Shown piece by piece: positions 36,858 through 43,304 of a DNA stretch of 43,304 nt. Below the pieces are notes generated by a model. The model ran no database searches. It had not been told where the DNA came from and saw nothing but the letters and a program-made list of their open reading frames with translations. Both the position numbers and the translations under genes were made by a program. The DNA is from Octopus bimaculoides. Lineage: Eukaryota. Where the stretch lies: NCBI RefSeq assembly GCF_001194135.2, contig NC_068987.1, forward strand, positions 34,799,312-34,842,615, read 5' to 3'. The first letter of the stretch is position 1. Each line of letters opens with the position of its first letter.

Positions 36858-37165
36858 NNNNNNNNNNNNNNNNNNNNNNNNNNNNNNNNNNNNNNNNNNN
36901 NNNNNNNNNNNNNNNNNNNNNNNNNNNNNNNNNNNNNNNNNNNNNNNNNNNNNNNNNNNNNNNNNNNNNNNNNNNNNNNNNNNNNNNNNNNNNNNNNNNN
37001 NNNNNNNNNNNNNNNNNNNNNNNNNNNNNNNNNNNNNNNNNNNNNNNNNNNNNNNNNNNNNNNNNNNNNNNNNNNNNNNNNNNNNNNNNNNNNNNNNNNN
37101 NNNNNNNNNNNNNNNNNNNNNNNNNNNNNNNNNNNNNNNNNNNNNNNNNNNNNNNNNNNNNNNNN
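36858..37165. other. Assembly gap (N)
   Basis: N run. Confidence 1.
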
Positions 37166-37201
<36 letters not shown>

Positions 37202-38079
37202 TGTGTGTGTATGTATATATATATATATATATCTAATAGCACATATGACTACATGCGTATGTTTAGCTATGAAGCAACAAAGAATGTGTGAATTCAATGT
37301 AAGCATATTAGAAGATATTCGCGGTGAAATCACTTTAATATACTTTTAATTACCATTATACGATTTAAATAAATATGAGAATCTACATTCACTCCGTTTG
37401 TGCACCTGTATTTGCAGCAATTAATCGGGTTGTTTCACGATTATTTCAGTGATTATCTATGAAACAATATGCCTTTCTATATATTTTGTATCGCTAACAT
37501 AAGAAGTTTATTTATATAGCTGTATACTGATGGTCTTTATCAACACACCGTGCTTTAGATGGCTCGTCCTCATTTGCAGTATAGAGCGACTTAAAAACAT
37601 ATTACATGTCTGAAAGACTTAAGTAGAACTGACAACAAGCACTGTTAAGAGAGGGTTCCAAATAATTCAGTACAAATCATAATTAAACAATATCATCGTT
37701 AGAATTAGTCCACAAACACAAGGATGGGGATCGATTCCATTACAGCGGGAAGAAATGATAGACATTTCAATGGATTATGTAATAGCAGGATTCGCGCAAG
37801 GAAGACTAACCGATTTTGATACAACCATGACTGTGACTGAAAGAATATCCGAGATGGTTTCGAATTAATTTCCACACCACTGATTATACTTTCAGCGTTA
37901 TACTATTCAAGTATATTAAGCCATACAGCGAATGACTATCACGATTATTATATATTATGTATTGGGAACGGAAATTCACACACAGACACAGACACAGACA
38001 CACACAACACAACACAACACACATGTATATGTATGTTTGTGAATGAGTGCATTTATGTTTTTTATCTAAATTTATATCT

Positions 38080-38450
38080 CAGGTGTAGCTCTGTAGTAAG
38101 AAGTTTGCATCCCTACCACATGGTTCGAATTTAGGTCTCACTGCGTTGTGTCATGGACAAAATGTCTTCAACTGTAACCTCAGGCCGACCAAAGCATTGT
38201 CAAAAGATTTAGTCTGCAGAACCTCAAAGAAGCGCATCCTATATACATCTGTATGACTTTGTGTCTGTGCTTGAGCCCCACCAAAGTTTGACATCTGGTG
38301 TGGATATGTTTCCGTTCTTGTAACCAAGTTGTTCGGCAAAATAGGCTAATAAAATAAGTGTTAAACAATTAGTATTGATGGCGATTCTAATATTCTTCAA
38401 AGTGCTACACCAGCATGGCTGCAGTGTAATGACTGCAACATTTAAAAATA
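38080..38450 (+). mobile_element. tRNA-derived SINE (family B), old full-length copy
   Basis: A-box-like gtgtagctctgtagtaagaagtttg, then ccacatggttcgaattt, aggccgaccaaagc, tcggcaaaatagg and ccagcatggctgcag. Confidence 0.72.
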
Positions 38451-39019
38451 ATTGTAATTATGTGTGAGTGATTAAATGTTAAATGTCAATGATATATATG
38501 TAAGTGTGTTACTTTGTATTATATCTGTGTCAAATTGTGCATGATATCTTCAATATATTATCTCCTAGGAAACTTAAATTCAAAAATTATTTCTTCATTT
38601 CTTCTTTTATTCTGTTTTATCTCTCCTTTCGTGCATTTGGTATGTTTTAGAACTAATGCACTTTTGAGATTCTCTTTCAAAACATATACATCTCATCAAA
38701 TAATTTCTAATCATTCTCATATAAGCCCCCTTAAATAAAGCCCTTCACATTCACAAACCACATCTGCCTTTCTTTTATTTACCTTTCCCTTACATCTTTC
38801 TCCTACTTTTCTCTCTGTGTCTGTCTCTCTGTCTTTCTCTCTCTGTCTTTCTCTCTCTGACTCTTGTCTTACATCCTTTATTGTTAAGCTTCGTTTTAGT
38901 AATTCTATATTTAGTGTGCCCACATACATTATTTTTAACCTTTATAAAATTGGGAATTACTGTATACATTTATCATCTATCTCAAAATTAACATAGCTTT
39001 CAAATTTCACATATATATA

Positions 39020-39204
39020 GCTTCCTAGCTCTCCTGTGTGATCCCTCTGTCCGGCATTCGCCATGATAAATCGCTAGCCACTAAACTTTTTCTATTTTCG
39101 CTCCCTGTTTATTTCTTTGTTCCTTTCTGTGAAAGTGCGTAGGCTCGAAACGTAAAATACTTTCTCACATCCTGAGCGTTAAACTAATGCATCTGTTTGT
39201 TGTT
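39020..39204 (+). mobile_element. 3' tail of a second repeat family carrying a degenerate hammerhead-like motif (probably Penelope-like)
   Basis: 39123-39157 reads CUUU-CUGUGAA-A-GUGC(gtag)GCUC-GAAAC-GUA-AAA. Recognised from the motif and from a remembered octopus repeat; no ORF. Confidence 0.5.
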
Positions 39205-39390
39205 CTATATTTAACATATGAGCAATTATGTACATTATTTAATATATTTTCGTTTGACGGATATTTGTCCTCATCTTGTTTGTTGTTAACACAACGCTTC
39301 GGCAGATATACCATCCGATCTTCACCAGGTGCCTTGGGGAAATTTCGAACGTGGGATCTCATTCTTAACGTATTTTTCGGTGTTTTTCTT
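39202..39390 (-). mobile_element. Penelope pLTR-like tail (copy 3) with mutated hammerhead at 39288-39333
   Basis: The reverse complement aligns to 20245-20390 and to the reverse complement of 19575-19730. The core reads CUGGUGA...GAAGC-GUU. Confidence 0.88.
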
Positions 39391-39461
39391 CTTATTATTG
39401 CTATTTTTATTATCATTATCATTATTACTACTATTATTATTTCTATAATAATTACAACAAC

Positions 39462-39975
<514 letters not shown>

Positions 39976-41196
39976 GGAAATTTTGGAAATCATTTTGTAA
40001 TATCCACTTTCAAAAATCGCATCTTTGGTAATATTTGATACATTGATAATACTTAGTACATAGTTAAACATAATGAAATTATAACTAAAATAACTACTGA
40101 AACTTAGAGTAACCATTTCAAAATAAGATTGTTAGAATTAGGTTTTGGCTATGAAAATGTATCAATATTTGCAACGATAGCTGTTTGGAATAATTCTAAA
40201 AAATGATTTACTATGAAAAACTTTTAGCAAGTATACATATACCTATGCATACACACACAAGCACACACATATACATTAGACGCATACACACACACAAAAA
40301 CACATATACATGTATATACATATATAGACACACACAAATATATATACATATATTTACACAAATATATGAAAAACACATATTAATGCATGCATAGATATGG
40401 GAATGTGTAGGTCGGTGTATGTATCTGTGTGTGTATGGATGGATGTGTATATCTATACATGCATGTATATATGTATACTTCTTTATAGCACGAGGAACAA
40501 TGCTAAATAATGATTTCATCAGCTATTCAAATCATTCAATACGTGGTATACAGGAAGCCAGACAAATTTCTCTATAGATTATGCTAAGAAGATATTCTTC
40601 CAGATCTTGAAATTTAGAGCTACCGTATAGTATCGAATGACAAAGCTCCTTGTGTTTTGGTTAAGAAAACTTTCGCAGTACACTCATGAATTATCGTTAG
40701 AATTTTATTGAAATACGTTGGTGAGCGATCTAACCGAAGGTATGGTGTAAACAATTTAGGGAATATTTCTGCCAACTGAAATCTCTTCAGCGAATTTTAT
40801 TACTTTCTGTCATTACCAGACAGTGATCAGTAGATGTTTTTGATAAATATTTCAATTTATAACAATACTGATATATATTCTACATTTCTCATTACTGATG
40901 AACATAGTTGTTGAATAGAAAACTTCCAACTCTGCACAAGATAATTAGCGTTGCCTGAACGCGGCCATAGATTGCGATAATTTAAATCAATTTCTAGCAG
41001 AGAATAAGCCCCAACCCTCATAATATAACACGGAAATATAATTACGACTTCTCTTTAGCGATATTATTCAACATATGTGCATACTCAAATATAGTTCAGA
41101 GATAATAATCATTTAATTACATCTTTAAATTAATTCTTAGTTGAACTACTATGTACCATAAATCTATTCAACAACTTTTACACCTACATTATTAAT

Positions 41197-41353
41197 TCTT
41201 TCGGTTTCTTTTAAATTGTTAACCCAAACTTACTTAACGTGCTTGTTTTCATTAAATTTTACATTCTTGTTTCCTTCTATTCATTACCTTTAATATGTTC
41301 GTCAATTATTAAAGGAAAGTGTACACCTACTGATGTATATATACATATATATA
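41197..41353 (+). repeat. 157-nt segment repeated identically at 42221-42377 across a gap (probable assembly overlap)
   Basis: No differences seen between the copies; the second copy starts exactly at the gap edge. Confidence 0.9.
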
Positions 41354-41405
41354 TATATATTTGTGTGTATTTATGTATATGTATATATACACTTACACAC
41401 ACACA

Positions 41406-41461
<56 letters not shown>

Positions 41462-42220
41462 NNNNNNNNNNNNNNNNNNNNNNNNNNNNNNNNNNNNNNN
41501 NNNNNNNNNNNNNNNNNNNNNNNNNNNNNNNNNNNNNNNNNNNNNNNNNNNNNNNNNNNNNNNNNNNNNNNNNNNNNNNNNNNNNNNNNNNNNNNNNNNN
41601 NNNNNNNNNNNNNNNNNNNNNNNNNNNNNNNNNNNNNNNNNNNNNNNNNNNNNNNNNNNNNNNNNNNNNNNNNNNNNNNNNNNNNNNNNNNNNNNNNNNN
41701 NNNNNNNNNNNNNNNNNNNNNNNNNNNNNNNNNNNNNNNNNNNNNNNNNNNNNNNNNNNNNNNNNNNNNNNNNNNNNNNNNNNNNNNNNNNNNNNNNNNN
41801 NNNNNNNNNNNNNNNNNNNNNNNNNNNNNNNNNNNNNNNNNNNNNNNNNNNNNNNNNNNNNNNNNNNNNNNNNNNNNNNNNNNNNNNNNNNNNNNNNNNN
41901 NNNNNNNNNNNNNNNNNNNNNNNNNNNNNNNNNNNNNNNNNNNNNNNNNNNNNNNNNNNNNNNNNNNNNNNNNNNNNNNNNNNNNNNNNNNNNNNNNNNN
42001 NNNNNNNNNNNNNNNNNNNNNNNNNNNNNNNNNNNNNNNNNNNNNNNNNNNNNNNNNNNNNNNNNNNNNNNNNNNNNNNNNNNNNNNNNNNNNNNNNNNN
42101 NNNNNNNNNNNNNNNNNNNNNNNNNNNNNNNNNNNNNNNNNNNNNNNNNNNNNNNNNNNNNNNNNNNNNNNNNNNNNNNNNNNNNNNNNNNNNNNNNNNN
42201 NNNNNNNNNNNNNNNNNNNN
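41462..42220. other. Assembly gap (N)
   Basis: N run. Confidence 1.
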
Positions 42221-43304
42221 TCTTTCGGTTTCTTTTAAATTGTTAACCCAAACTTACTTAACGTGCTTGTTTTCATTAAATTTTACATTCTTGTTTCCTT
42301 CTATTCATTACCTTTAATATGTTCGTCAATTATTAAAGGAAAGTGTACACCTACTGATGTATATATACATATATATAGATATGCGTTACACTATTTGTAG
42401 TATAGAGTTGGAAAAATCATTCGCACATAAGATACAGTGGCTTAGGGATTTCGTCCGTGAAATATGGTCAGATTTCAAATCAGTCCGAAGATAAACGCAG
42501 CTGATCATTCTTTGCGATTGATATTTAAAATACCATTTAAGTACTAAAGTCAATTCTTTTCATCATTCTAATTTTTTTTATAGATTTTACTATTCTCGAA
42601 CTGATTATATTTATTTGTATGTGTCAAGCTGATTTAACTAGAAAAATTGGTTTAAATATGTTTAAGCTGTGGGTGGAAATACGTTAGCTAATCTTGTTTC
42701 TTTAAAATACCAACACTAATAAAATATCCTATCGATTTTCCGTACAGGTAGAGATATTCGCATGTACATTCTGATTCCGTTACCCATCAAAATCACCGCC
42801 TCAAGTCAAGGAAGAGACTTGCATATCGTTTCCCTCGTTAGAACGTATGGATGCATTAGATAATGTAGATTTTGATAAATTATATATCAATAAAATGTAG
42901 AAAACATAGTTAGTTTGCCTTTTCCCATGGATCATATCATACTATTCACAAAATAACTTAAATATTCATAGAAGAGAGGCGACAAATATCTCTCGAAGAA
43001 ATATCTCGTATTCAGTTTGACAAAAGAAACCATCGAGGACTAATGTTGGCGTCTGAGAAAAAAGCCAAACAATATGTAGAGAAATAAGGGAGGAAAGGGA
43101 ATGGAAGGTAGAAAGTTTGAAAGACTGCGTGGTAAGCGAGCAGGAACAATTACTTGGTAGAAATACAGGAACATGTTTTGCATAAACAAAAATTTCTGAA
43201 CACACATGTACGGATATTTGTAGACACACACACAAACACACAAACATACACACATAAATTCACGCACACGCACACATATATATACATATATATATATATA
43301 TATA

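Noticed and set aside
39288-39333. Three A>G changes in hammerhead copy 3 as a fossil of ADAR editing of the RNA intermediate
   Set aside because: Only 3 of about 11 differences from the other copies are A>G, which cannot be distinguished from ordinary transitions.

Overview
AT-rich, microsatellite-dense animal genomic DNA from a short-read draft assembly, with 10 N-gaps, most flanked by (TA)n, (TG)n or (TC)n. The SINE and transposon repertoire looks like a coleoid cephalopod, probably Octopus; this is inferred from remembered repeat sequences, not from a database search. No host protein-coding gene can be confidently identified. The long ORFs in the track are artefacts of gaps and simple repeats. 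The window is mostly decayed mobile DNA: several Tc1 (DD34E-type) relics, one full-length maT-like (DD37D) copy, mariner (DD34D) copies, about a dozen tRNA-derived SINE copies of two families, a CR1-like LINE 3' end, a Gypsy integrase scrap, and Penelope-like (GIY-YIG) retroelement pieces from at least two lineages. The most interesting signal is a Penelope-associated module of tRNA-like Pol III head + (AAT)n + minimal type I hammerhead ribozyme + 3' hairpin. Its hammerhead tail occurs four times, as two inverted pairs (19.6-20.4 kb and 39.2-40.0 kb), and only the 20.1-20.4 kb copy keeps the head. A second, unrelated hammerhead-like tail abuts it at 39.1 kb. A possible housekeeping-type promoter (~0.83-1.02 kb) and a few minus-strand exon candidates (22.6-24.3 kb) are reported at low confidence.
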